NCBI GenBank assembly: GCA_950097015.1
Contig: CATNEN010000002.1
Coordinates: 8,122,001 to 8,186,000 of the forward strand
DNA from: Macrostomum hystrix
Taxonomy: Eukaryota > Animalia > Platyhelminthes
DNA length: 64,000 nucleotides
Direction of reading: 5' to 3'
The notes beneath the pieces are model-generated. The model was not told the DNA's origin. It saw nothing but the letters and a program-made list of their open reading frames with translations, and ran no database searches. The position numbers and the translations under genes are program-made. Positions 11,569 through 23,953 of this stretch are shown piece after piece (the first letter of the stretch is position 1; each line of letters begins with the position of its first letter).

Positions 11569-11794
11569 TCTGGGATCTGTGTGCAGTTTTTGGGATCTGT
11601 GTGTGGGAATTCGGCTGTTGGGATCTGGTTGTGGGAATTCGGCTATTGGGATCTGGGTGTGGGAATTCGGCTATTGGGATCTGGGTGTGGGAATTCGGCT
11701 ATTGGGATCTGGGTGTGGGAATTCGGCTATGGGGATCTGGGTGTGGGAATTCGGATGTTGGGATCTGGGTGTGGGAATTCGGCTATTGGGATCT
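11569..11794. repeat. 28-bp minisatellite (CTATTGGGATCTGGGTGTGGGAATTCGG)n
   Basis: Tandem array; second array at 13141-13590. Confidence 0.95.
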
Positions 11795-12294
11795 AATATG
11801 AGAATTGGGTCGATGAGATAGTCAGGGCAGATGTACACACCTGTGCGTGTTTGCTCAGGAGTCAGCGAAATGGGCAGAATTGCTTCCTCGCTGGCTGCGT
11901 GTCCAGTGTCATCAAATGATGTGCCATTGCCCGCAGCCCTCCTGCAATTATTATTATCATAACTTTTTACGTTTTTGATGCGCAAGTGCGTGGGCGTCGT
12001 CGCGTCACAGCAAAGCAATGTTAAAATAATTTTGTTGTGTTATGTGTCTCTATTGCCATTTCAACGATGAGGAGAGTTAGTCTCGTGTTATTTCATGCAC
12101 CCGGCGAGCATTTTTAGAAGTTTGAGAGTAGACTAGGCATTTGAGTAGCTGCTCCATGCAAAGCTTTGGTAGATTAGATGCTTTTAGGTTAGATATTAGA
12201 ATAAAAATTTAAGGTGTAATGTTAAACTACAGACTGACGAATCGGACTGACGGGTTGCTTAACTCCCATCTCAGGGGAGTTTGGGTGAGAAAGA

Positions 12295-12512
12295 TTAGAA
12301 AGAGTTGGAGAAAAAGGTGAGAGAGATGGGGAAGAAAAATGAGAGAGATGGGAAAGAGAGATGAGAGAGATGGGAAAGAAAGGTGAGAGAGATGGGGAAG
12401 AAAGATGAGAGAGATGGGAAAGAAAGGTGAGAGAGATGGGGAAGAAAAGTGAGTGAGAGATGGGGAAGAAAGATAAGAGAGATGGGGAAGAAAGGTGAGA
12501 GATTGGGAAGAA
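12295..12512. repeat. GA-rich simple repeat
   Basis: Imperfect GAGAGATGGG(G)AAGAAA units. Confidence 0.85.
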
Positions 12513-13140
12513 ATATGAACTTTTTTAGCGATATTTTTCCAGGAAAATAAATTTATAAAAAGCTTCCTACAAGACAGAAGTGGTGAGGCGAGGCAAGGTT
12601 AGTTAGTCTTGTATTTGAAGTAGGATTTTCCAAAAAATAATTTTTTCGAAATAGAAACGGAAGTTATAAATTAGGTGTCCATTTAACAACAACAACTACG
12701 ATAGCAAAATCGCTTCCTTATATACACAAGTTGTATAAACAAAATTGCTCTGTAGGTTAAAACCATAAATTATTTTTAAATAGGTCGAATAATCCCACAC
12801 ATTGCAGGTCCCAGCATGACTCAAGATAAGCCAAAATGGGGCATTCGGGGACATGGAGTGAGTATGCCATGACTCAAATTTGAGCATGCCACTTGCTAGG
12901 GCACGGGGGAAGGTCAACTGAGCAGATCACGCAGGGCTACTCAAACCAGTGCTCACTTTCCAAGCCGTCGCTGACCTAGAAAAGTTCATCTGTCTGGCTT
13001 AACCCCTTCCCCAGCCTGTGCTTAATCCTCACACTCGTCAGCTCTCACCTCGCAGCAAGCTAGGACTAGCGTGAGCGGGATACAGCCCATCTGACAAGCT
13101 AGCAATTGAAGGTCGTCTGATATTTCTGCAACCAATTTTA

Positions 13141-13590
13141 TTGGGATCTGTTGGGATCTGGGTGGGGAAATTCGGCTGTTGGGATCTGGGTGTGGGAATT
13201 CGGCTGTTGGGATCTGGGTGGGGAAATTCGGCTGTTGGGATCTGGGTGTGGGAATTCGGCTATTGGGATCTGGGTGGGGAAATTCGGCTGTTGGGATCTG
13301 GGTGTGGGAATTCGGCTATTGGGATCTGGGTGGGGAAATTCGGCTGTTGGGATCTGGGTGTGGGAATTCGACTGTTGGGATCTGGGTGTGGGAATTCGGC
13401 TGTTGGGATCTGGGTGTGGGAATTCAGCTATCGGGATCTGGGTGTGGGAATTCGGCTATTGGGATCTGGGTGTGGGAATTCGGCTATTGGGATCTGGGTG
13501 TGGGAATTCGGCTGTTGGGATCTGGGTGGGGAAATTCGGCTATTGGGATCTGGGTGTGGGAATTCTGCTATTGGGATCTGGGTGTGGGAA
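13141..13590. repeat. 28-bp minisatellite, second array
   Basis: Same unit as 11569-11794; explains the ORFs at 13141-13807. Confidence 0.95.
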
Positions 13591-14854
13591 GTGGGATGTA
13601 CACGAAAACTGCTTCAGGGAGAATTACGGCTTGGTGAGTGTTTCGAACAAAATAACATGTCACGTCAAAGGCGGAAAACCTCGTGCTTTATCCTGTCTCA
13701 CAATGGCTCAAGCAATTGGCCTTACCTGTGGGGTACTTTATAATTGCGCAAATATTTTATTTTATATTAACATAATCACCCTACAGATAAGATTAAGGAC
13801 ACAATAAACTGCAAAAGCACACTTGAGAACATTGAAGAGCGGTTTTTAGGCGAACAAATTAAAGATGATTAATTATTAACGCACTCTTTTAAACAAATAC
13901 AACCACTTAGGTGGAGAAATACAATTATGGAAGAACATTTAAAACAGAAATAATTCAGCAAGACAGGCTAATATCGATTTGTTAAAGTACGCATTTCAAA
14001 CTCGATGATTAGTAAAATTAAAAGCAAAGAACTAAGGATTTGACAACCTCTGCTTTCTCTCGCTGTATTTTGTGGACAGAATGAGAACAGAACCAACATA
14101 CTTGGAACTTGGAAAATGACGATTTGAATGATATTTACAGTCGGGTACACTCACCTGCTATGCAGTTATTTTCAAAATAAAACATACACAAATTTTATTG
14201 AATAGACAAGGGCAAGAATTTTTTCGGTAAGAGGTAATTAGGAGATTGTTACATATTCTGCTTTGAAAGAAACAATTATAACGATTAATGGCACGCAGTT
14301 AATAATACATCTCGAGGCACGACATGTAGTTAAACCTAGGCCAATCAAGACAGGTTTGCATGTAATTCATGGCAATACGCAGATATATTAAAGCAGCATG
14401 TTTTTATCGAATATCTAAAATTCTCGCCAGAAAAAATGCACTGACCATCTCTTAATACAAGAAATTCAACACTAAACTCCAATTACAAGCGATATATTGC
14501 TTTTAATTCAGAATTGAGACAGGTACCTAGAGTTCTGAAAAGTGAAGTTAATTGGAACAGCTGTTCATTAATTATTTTAGTAAATAGCAAGTAGCTAAAC
14601 ATATTCGGATTCATCTCGTAGTAAAATAAAAAATATATATACTAAAACTGACTGCCCAACAAGTGTAATATTGAGGCATAACTACCAATCTTCTGGTTAC
14701 CATGGAAACTCGCCTGAAAGAGCTAGTGCAATTTAAACTGGCGCCAAAGCCAACCAAAAAACGCAAAAGTAATTTTTTACATGTCCGAAGTACGAACTTT
14801 TACGTAAGTTTTGGCGCCAATTCGAATTCTAAATCAGCCATCAGCGACAGAAAA

Positions 14855-15913
14855 TCAGCAATATCCGCCGTAGCCAGAGTCCTTGCACACGTGGCTGCAG
14901 GGACGATAATCTGAGAACGACGACGCGGCCGAAGCTATTCTGGACGACGAGTAAACCGACTTTAGCTCCTCTAGGGAGGCGCACGATGAAGGCGGCGGCG
15001 GAGGCGGCATGTTCGACTGCTGCTGCTGCTGGGTAGATAGCTTTGTCGTCCCAGGCATAGAGTTGGGCTCAATAGTTTCCTCGGCAACAAGCCAGGGATG
15101 AAGCAGCATCTGCTCCAGACTGGGTCTCTTGGCCGGGTCACACTGCAGGCAGGCGGAGATGAGGTCGCGGCATTCGCTGCTAATCTTGCGCTTGAACACG
15201 GGCGTGCAGTCGCAGATCTGGTCGTCGCGTTCAAACGGTATGTCGCCGCAGACCATGTCAAACAGGAGGATGCCAATTGACCACACCTCGGCCTGTTTGC
15301 CATTGTAGCGGTGCGACCTGATCCATTCCGGCGGGCTGTACACCCGGGTGCCATTGAAGTCTGTGTAGTCGGCCTCTCTAAGCAGGGCTCCGGAGCCGAA
15401 GTCGATTAGGCGCAGAGAGCCGTCAGTCAGGTCGATCAGCAGGTTCTCGTCCTTGACGTCGCGGTGCAGCACGCCGGCATGATGGCAGTCAACCAGGGTG
15501 AGAAGCTTAGCCTCGGACTCGTCCAGGTAGCGCTTGTTAGAGATGTAGTCGAACAGGTCCTTGCAGCGGCGGAGTCTGTGCATGACAACCAGCCACTCGT
15601 GCTCGCCCTCAAAGTATTCGACTGGTTGAACAATGCCAGAAACGTTGCGGCACTTGTGCAGCAGCATGATTTCGACTGGGACTAGTTTCTCGCAGGGCAG
15701 TTTATGCCAGGTCATCTTGCTCTTCTCCATGACCTTAACTACAAACTCGGCGCCGTCGCAACGTCTGGTGGCATTGTAGACTCGGCCGAAGCCGCCGCGA
15801 CCAATCTCGGTGCCAACCATGTAGCAGCGGCGGAAGTCCTCCAGACGATGCCACTCCAAGGAATCTGCTGCCGAATCTGTGGGCATCGCAGACTGGCGCG
15901 ACAATAGACAGCC
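14855..15913 (-). CDS. PIM-family Ser/Thr kinase in a single large exon, with ~6-codon in-frame deletion in helix alphaE
   Basis: IGRGGFGRVY, VPVEIMLL, CKDLFDYIS, HRDVKDENLL, IDFGSG, GTRVYSPPEWI, CGDIPFE are PIM hallmarks; phase-0 acceptor TTCCAG at 15914-15915 (minus). Confidence 0.9.
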   Translation of the reverse strand, partial: GCLLSRQSAMPTDSAADSLEWHRLEDFRRCYMVGTEIGRGGFGRVYNATRRCDGAEFVVKVMEKSKMTWHKLPCEKLVPVEIMLLHKCRNVSGIVQPVEYFEGEHEWLVVMHRLRRCKDLFDYISNKRYLDESEAKLLTLVDCHHAGVLHRDVKDENLLIDLTDGSLRLIDFGSGALLREADYTDFNGTRVYSPPEWIRSHRYNGKQAEVWSIGILLFDMVCGDIPFERDDQICDCTPVFKRKISSECRDLISACLQCDPAKRPSLEQMLLHPWLVAEETIEPNSMPGTTKLSTQQQQQSNMPPPPPPSSCASLEELKSVYSSSRIASAASSFSDYRPCSHVCKDSGYGGYC

Positions 15914-15960
15914 CTGGAATCATTTTGTAAACAGAAATGATTATCCAACAAAAAATAAAA

Positions 15961-16250
15961 AACTAGCCAACATCTAGCCAACTCCCCAACTAGCCACCCA
16001 ACTGCCCACCTAGCCACCCAACTGCCCTTTTAGCCACGCAACTCCCCACCTAGCCAACACCCCACCTAGCCAGCCAACTCCCCACCTAGCCAGCCAACTC
16101 CCCACCTAGCCAGCCAACTCCCCACCTAGCCAGCCAACTCCCCACCTAGCCAGCCAACTCCCCACCTAGCCAGCCAACTCCCCACCTAGCCAACACCCCA
16201 CCTAGCCAACACCCCACCTAGCCAACTCCCCACCTAGCCAGCCACCCAAG
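15961..16250. repeat. Inverted array of the 20/21-bp G-rich satellite
   Basis: (CCACCTAGCCAGCCAACTCCC)n. Confidence 0.95.
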
Positions 16251-16582
16251 CTTGGTCAGCAAATAAAGGAAGACAAAAAAGGCAAACCCGGGATTAACCA
16301 TCAGTTAAAAAATACACACACAATGAGTTAGATAGAGAAATATACACAACAATGTGCCTAGAATACAGATAGGCCCATTAAATGCTACAAAGATCAATTA
16401 TAGAGTACACAAAGACTCTGAGACAGCAGCCGGCGTCGACGACTGCTGTTGAATAGGCTCGGGCTGATGCCGCGGCTGAGGCTGCGGCTGCGGAGCGTGC
16501 GACGGTGACTGGGTGCGGCGAAGCGAATAGACGCGCGACAGCTTGGTGACGTTAATGTAGTCGACGCCGCCACATTTGAACA

Positions 16583-18615
16583 TTATTTCTTCCGTGGCCG
16601 CATCTGCCGACTCAAAGCGGGCTCGTTTTCCCGCCGCCGCTTCTGGCCCGAGACGGGAGTAATCTGCCGGCCATTGCTGGACTTCTCTGTGACCAACTCG
16701 CAGCCGATGGCCTTCAACAGCCGGTGCAGCTTGTCCGAGGCCAGCCTGAACTCGGACATGAGGCCGGCGGTCTCGGTGACGAAGCCGTCCAGCTGAAGGC
16801 ATAGGATGATCATGTGCATCAACTGCTTGTCCTTCATTATCTTCGGGAGGGCCCGCTGCTGCTGGCCGGAGCCGGCGGTCATCTGAGACAGAAACAATGG
16901 AAAAGTCTTTAGAAAAACGGCTTACCTACTACTGTCAGTAGGAATGAGGCGCATGAGTTAAAAGGAAAGTGTCAATCGAGGATAAATAATAGAAGGTCGG
17001 CAGGCTCGTGATTCGTGGAAAAACTGAAATGTCGCCGATTTTAGGCGAAAATAATATTTTTTTTAATTCGAAGTTAACACATTCTGAACAATCTTAATAC
17101 AGCTGCAGTGTTAACACTTTAGTATGTCATATTTAGCTGAAGAGGCTGGCAAACAAAACAAAAAGTGGTTGCTTTCGCATTGTTTCAGAGGGATATATGT
17201 CTATGGCCAAAACGTATTTACACACTAACACAGCAACCGTCTCGCTGTTAACAAAGAGGGTAACAAAATGGACATTAAACCATCTTTTCTGAGCATTTAT
17301 TCTTATTGAAAATCGGCCTTCGAGGCCATCAACAACATTCTGTACTATTTATAAATAGTACAACCTAGAGTCTAGAGTCTGGCGTCCTTCTGCTATAATA
17401 GTCCCTGGCATCGAAACAGTCCCTTTTTAATTACCTGCAAAGTGTAATTAGCCAGCAGGTGGCTCCCAACTTCCTCCGGCAGGTCGGGCAGGGCGCCCTT
17501 CCTGTTCACCATTTTGAAGGTGAAGCCGTAGAAGCGGCGCATGCAGGCCAGCATGGCCAGGCGCACGCAGTGGCTCAGCCGAGCTGCCGGCTCCGTTGGC
17601 GACTGCGGCAGCCGCTGCAGCACCAGCGCGTCCGGGTAGGCCCCCTCCGAGCGCCAGGCGGCCCAGTCAGCCGGGCCGGAGGCGGCGAGGCGCTCCGCCT
17701 CGGGCAGCAGGGCGGCCCGCAGCTTGGCCGGGCAGACAGCCTCCGGGTCATAGACAGCGGCCGGCTGGCTGGCCGCGGGGTTGCGGGGCGGGAGCAGCGC
17801 AGCGGTCGGATCATTGCTGAGGTCGGCCGCACCGTTAGCTCCAGCGACATCGCCGCTAGCACCGGTGGGCGCGGCAGCGTCCAGGCGCTTATTCGCGGCG
17901 GCCACGGCGGCTTTGAGGTCGCGCGAGGTCACGCTAGCGTTCAGCCGCTTGGCCTCAGCGATGCGCCGCTTCTTGGCGGAGCTGCCGAACTCCTCGTACA
18001 TCGCCGTCGCGGCCTGCTGAGCTGTGCGCTTTCGTCTGGTCGCGGCGGCCGCCTCGGCGTCCGGTGCATCAAGGACACACTGCGGCAGGAAGCGCACGGC
18101 GTCGACAGAGGAGACAATGGAAACGTGGCCGGAGCTGCGGTCCCGGCCTAGCAGTACGAGGCGAGTGGCGCCTGCCAGGCGGGAGTCGTGGCGGCCCGTC
18201 CAGTGAAGGCCGCTGGCTGTGCGGCACGACTGGTAAAATAAAGAGTAGATATGTAGGCAAGGTAGACGGCGCGAGTTGCTATTGTTTGGTTTACGAGTAT
18301 ATTGATAAACGCCTCGTCATATAAATAGTACCGCTCTTACATAAGCTTTCTCCGTGTTTTCCGCATTTCGTTGCACAGAGATCTCCAAGTCTTTCTTGTC
18401 TTCGGCGCTGATTTGCGACGAGAAGTAGGCTGAAAAGTTGAGTAAATAAATGCTTTATTTATAGTAGGTTAGAACTTATCTATCCGGTGGATTAAAAAAA
18501 TCATACATGGACAAACCAATCTGATCGAGCTACAGGCAATTGGCGTAAAAAAACAGGTAGTCAACTTACCAACAGCGTATTTGGTCTTTGACTTGGCTTG
18601 GTCAACCTTCACCAT
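16583..18615 (-). CDS. POLR1E: RNA polymerase I subunit RPA49/PAF53; exons 18615-18570, 18429-18341, 18229-17435, 16882-16583 (3' end provisional)
   Basis: EEFGSSAKKRR and KDKQLMHMIILCLQLDGF..EFRLASDKL..LKAIGC match A49-family motifs; GT-AG introns with phases 1, 0, 0 join in frame. Confidence 0.8.
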
Positions 18616-18675
18616 GGCTTAAAATATGATCCAATCACGGCTGCTCAGTGCAGTCCCAGCTGTCCCTGCAGGCTG

Positions 18676-19629
18676 GCTGAAATTCACATGGGAAATTAAT
18701 TGCTGTTGATCATATCCAGTACAAAGTGGCGAGACTGAAGGCGTCATCGTCTTGACCTGCGGTGTGACCTTCTCTGACACGAGCTTTAGTCTGTGAATAT
18801 TTTATTATTTGCCAGTAGCTTTACCGTTGAGTGCCAACTGCGCAGTGGTGCAGCGGCATTCGTAATATTAGCAGACTCCGTGCCCTCCTAGCTGGCATGC
18901 CCGCTGGTTTGTTTGTGTCTTGGCGTATCGGGTTTCAGTCAATGAAAGTTCTGTCAAGTGGCGACCTGCTGCGGTGCTAATTCTAACAGGCCCTCCATCA
19001 AGAGAGTGCAACTATAAACCATTTTGCAGCACTTTTGCATTGATTTGCTAGCATTTGTAGGCACAGCTTTGTGCTTATTAATAAATCACTCACTGAGATT
19101 CGTCTGTTGGCGCATTTTAACTTTTGAATAAGAAATTACGCCCTGTCCTATCGCTGAAATTCACATGGGAAATTAATTGCTGTTGATCATATCTAGTACA
19201 AAGTGGCGAGACTGAAGGCGTCATCGTCTTGACCTGCGGTGTGACCTTCTCTGACACGAGCTTTAGTCTGTGAATATTTTATTATTTGCCAGTAGCTTTA
19301 CCGTTGAGTGCCAACTGCGCAGTGGTGCAGCGGCATTCGTAATATTAGCAGACTCCGTGCCCTCCTAGCTGGCATGCCCGCTGGTTTGTTTGTGTCTTGG
19401 CGTATCGGGTTTCAGTCAATGAAAGTTCTGTCAAGTGGCGACCTGCTGCGGTGCTAATTCTAACAGGCCCTCCATCAAGAGAGTGCAACTATAAACCATT
19501 TTGCAGCACTTTTGCATTGATTTGCTAGCATTTGTAGGCACAGCTTTGTGCTTATTAATAAATCACTCACTGAGATTTGTCTGTTGGCGCATTTTAACTT
19601 TTGAATAAGAAATTACGCCCTGTCTTATC
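18676..19629. repeat. 477-bp tandem duplication upstream of POLR1E
   Basis: 18676-19152 and 19153-19629 are near-identical. Confidence 0.92.
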
Positions 19630-20056
19630 GTTAGCGTTGCTGATTATTTACATTGGGAAATATGGGGGGCATATGGCTTCAGTGTGCATGTAGCGGTTGC
19701 GTCACCCGCTGCAGAGACCGCCAGCCATTCCTGTTCAATAGATTATTGATCTATCGGGCCAACACAAATTTATATACAAAGGCAGAAGCTCCCGCGGCCC
19801 TTTGTACTCCGATGGCCCGCATTTTAAACTGGCCGATCGGTGTGCAGGTTACGCAAGACGGTTAGCAGCGGGTTATCAGACGGAAGCCGGGGGCAGTCTA
19901 CAATGGTCCGCTGCGTGTCCCACGTCTACCTCTGTTCCTCTGAGGCTTTTTGTCTGCTTGAAAAGGGGAGTTTGAAATAACTGCCCCTACCGTGATAGGC
20001 AATTTTGTTAAATCGACACCCACCCCACCTCTGCTGACACTAGCGTCTGAACTCGA

Positions 20057-21290
20057 AGCTTAACTCCGAAATCGTCTCCTACGTGCGAGGAGTTTTATAC
20101 ATTTGCTACAGTTTTCAAAACTATATTTCAAAAGTTTGCCAATGCCAGACGCCAAACTAATGCCAGACATGCCAATGCCAGACACCATGTTCGGCTAGGA
20201 TTGTCGCTGTGGAATCTAAACTAGTTAGGATTGTGGCTAACTTGCGCAGGTTTATTTCATAAATAGACGCCAATGCCAGACACAATGCCAAACTGATGCC
20301 AGACACATGCCAAACACCATGCCAATGCCGAACTGACGGCAGACAAATGCCAATGCCAGACACAATGCCAAACTGATGCCAGACAGATGCTAATGCCTAA
20401 CACAATGCCAGACATGCCAATGCCAGACACCATGCTAAACAAACGCCAGACAGATGCCGATGCCAGACGTAATGCCAAACTGATGCCAGACACATGCCAA
20501 ACACCATGCTAATGCCGAACAGATGCCAGACAGATGCCAATGCCAGACACATGCCAGAGAGATGCTAATGCTAGACATGCCAAAAATATGCCAGACAGAT
20601 GCCAGACAATAAGCTAATGCCAGACACCATGCTAATGCCAAACAAGAAAAAGAAAACAATTGGCAGTGCTTGGCCTAAATCGATTTATGATGACTGTTAT
20701 GACATTGCATCGCGTGATTAACTCAAAGCTTAACTCCGAAATCGTCTCCTCCGTGCGAGGAGTTTTATACCTTTGCTACTGTTTTTAAAACTATATTTCA
20801 AAAGTTTGCCAATGCCAGACACCATGTCGGCGGGAAGGTCCACTGGCAGTTCGGGCTGCTCGATGGCCTGAGGAGCCGGATCCGCCGGAGGAGCAGGCTG
20901 CAACGAATTGCAAATTCCACGAAAGACTCGGGACTGCAATCCATTCTACTCTTTCTCCCCTCCATTCTACCCCAAGAAGTGTTTTAATATCTTCTTCTAC
21001 TAGGTTTATCCAAGATTACTAGGCCTAATTTGTTTAATATGTTTTATCTGATTTGACTGTTATGACATATTGCATCGCGTGATTAACTCGAAGCTTAACT
21101 CCGAAATCGTCTCTTCCGTGCGAGGAGTTTTATACCTTTGCTACTGTTTTCAAAACTATATTTCAAAAGTTTGCCAATGCCAGACGCCAAACTAATGCCA
21201 GACAGATGCCAAACACTATGCCAATGCCAAACTGATGCCAGACACATGCCAAACACCATGCTAATGCCGAACAGACGCCAGGCTACCACC
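20057..21290. repeat. Composite repeat: conserved ~85-bp head with CTCCTC/GAGGAG hairpin plus ATGCCAGAC-type minisatellite (three heads)
   Basis: Head AAGCTTAACTCCGAAATCGTCTCCTCCGTGCGAGGAGTTTTATAC at ~20057, ~20727 and ~21092; inverted copy at ~63510-63732. Confidence 0.85.
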
Positions 21291-22649
21291 CTTGCATTTT
21301 AGAGCTATGGGCCATGAGCAATTAAAATCCCAATATGGCCAATGTTATCTGTGACCAGATTGGCATCAGAAAGGAGATGACAAAATAATGTGAACTGCAG
21401 GATTTGAAAACTGCCTCCAAAGGATTTTGGACCTCTTAATTAGACTATTCCAAACTTACTACACCACACTACACAACACAATGTAAACTATGTACTTTAA
21501 CTTTTAATTGCCAAAAGTCAAAGTTCCATTTTCCAAATCTTCAGCTTTAACAATGAAAATACCTTTAAAAATCACAATATTAGGCCTATTTTAGCTAGGC
21601 AATATTAAAAAAATATAAAACTGATTTCCTCTGCTACATTTTAAATTTGGGCATACTTTTCACTAATCATACAAGGAGCTAAACTAGACAACCAATCCAA
21701 TACTAAAGTCTTTACATTAGAAACTCCAATAATTGTAGTCCATATGGTAGAAACTCAAATATTGAAGAATTATGCCCTCTATGCTTAAACTTACTAAGCC
21801 CCCTAACAACATAAATATAATTATTCTACTCAGTTACCTAGACTTGTATGTATATGATAAATCTTTTATTCTAGCTATCTTTCTTAAATTATATGCTAGG
21901 TCTTTGACTTACTTGACTTAGCTGCAGGGCGCTCCCAAAGGAGGGACACAGAGGTAAGGCGTTGCCGCCCATTATGCTAGTCCCTGGACATGCTAGGTCT
22001 TTAGGTTTTAGCAAAAATAATAATTCCCTTATCTAAATTTTTAAGAAGCCTAGCCTACATTGTTCAAAAGTAAAGTCTAATTGTAAGCAATTATTAATAA
22101 AATCTATAGTAAGGCCATATACAACAGTGACTTGGTAAGTTGATATTATGTCAATGATAGGCCTAGCTAAATAAATTATAAAACATAGCATCAGGCCTAA
22201 CATTGGGCTTGGGGCCAAGCCCTGCCTCTAGAGTCTAAGACAAAAACTTTAGTTTTACACCTTAATTATCAGAATCAATACTAATTGTTGCAGTATGGTG
22301 ATGTCTGTTGCAACATATGTTACTTTGCCATTTGAACACTAGAGCAGTGTAATCGGTATAGCTCATAGAAATTCAAATTTCTATTCTCCACGTGCAGACG
22401 TGCTGAACTTTGCCTTGGCTTAAGATGCAGAAGCGAAGCGCGTGCACAAGACAATTTAAAAAGCAATGGACAAAGCAAAGCAATGTCTTTTATTAACAAA
22501 TTAAAACTTTGCTTTGCAAATTCAAACAATAGAAACGATATAAAAATATCGATATGTAGTAGAAACAGATTTTAACTCAGAGAAAATTACACACTGCCTC
22601 AATTTGTTGGTAAGTTAGTTTTTTACGCTTTTGCTGTGCAATATCAGTT

Positions 22650-23720
22650 AAACTGCGCTTGGCTAGAGGCTTTAGATTCCGGTTGAGTCCCGCGAGATTG
22701 TCTATTGGGTGCCAACTTGGGCTCTGAGCGGCTACCTAACTTGTCAAAGAGCAATACTTATTCGAAAATTGACCAAATCGAAATTTCAGTCATTTATTTT
22801 GGCAAGCAATGTTGGAAATGATATTTCTCGACTAGAGGTTGATGCCCTGAGTCTAGAGGCGCCAGTCCGGCACCTCTAGATGGTCGGGACAGAAAGTTGT
22901 GGCTATTTTAAGAATTTCATGAGTTTGACTTGTTATCAGTCACTGTCCTTGACTTTCCATAAAGTCAATGCTTCCTACATCCTTCTCGGGCCGATTCGAG
23001 ACAGTTCCCGAGGTCCCCGGGAACTGATTTTGGTGTCGTTCGAAAGGCCTGGCGATGCTCTATAGATTCCGGTTGAGTCCACCGAGATTGTCTATTGGGT
23101 GCCAACTTGGGCTCTGAGCGGCTACCTAACTTGTCAAAGAGCAATACTTATTCGAAAATTGACCAAATCGAAATTTCAGTCATTGGCGGGCAATGTTGGA
23201 AATGACATTTCTTGACTAGAGGTTGACGCCCTGAGTCTAGAGGCGCCAGTCCGGCACCTCTAGATGGTCGGGACAGAAAGTTGTGGCGCTTTTTAGAATT
23301 CCATGACTTTGACTTTCAGAAGTCAAAGGCCTGGAGTCAAAGGTTTGGCTTTGTCAAACTTTGACTTTGACTTTGACATTGTAATCGGTCAATGTCTTTG
23401 ATTTTACAGAAAGTCAATGCTTCCTACAGCCTCCTCGGGCCGATTCGAGACAGTTCCCGAGGTCCCCGGCAACTGATTTTGGTGTCGTTCGAAAGGCCTG
23501 GAGATGCTCTATAGATTCCGGTTGAGTCCCCCAAGATTGTCTATTGGGTGCCAACTTGGGCTCTGAGCGGCTACCTAACTTGTCTAAAAGCAATATTAAA
23601 TCGTAAATTTCCCATGTCGAAATTTCTGTCATTGGCGGGCAATGTTGGAAATGACATTTCTCGACTAGAGGTTGACGCGCTGAGTCTAGAGGTGCCAGTC
23701 CGGCGCCTCTAGATGGTCGC
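22650..23720 (-). repeat. Tandem/partial copies of the ~385-bp repeat
   Basis: Reverse-complement matches to 46914-47364 and 60865-61437. Confidence 0.9.
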
Positions 23721-23953
23721 AACGTATGATAATTCACTACGTCAACGTATTCACTATTCTGAATACGAGCTGCTCAGCGCTCGAGTCGTTTTGAAATATC
23801 TAGCTATTGTCTATGGTAAATTGGCAACTGCAAACTCTGTTTAAATTCGACTCTGACAACTGCAAACAGCGGGGGCCACTGCGCATCCAGCCAAGAGCAT
23901 CACCAAGAACTGCGGCAGCAACACCACCAACACCACTCATCTTCATCTGTACC

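Noticed and set aside
13141-13807. Trp/Gly-rich ORFs
   Set aside because: 28-bp satellite.
17459-18324. Plus-strand ORFs over POLR1E
   Set aside because: Antisense shadows of a GC-rich exon.
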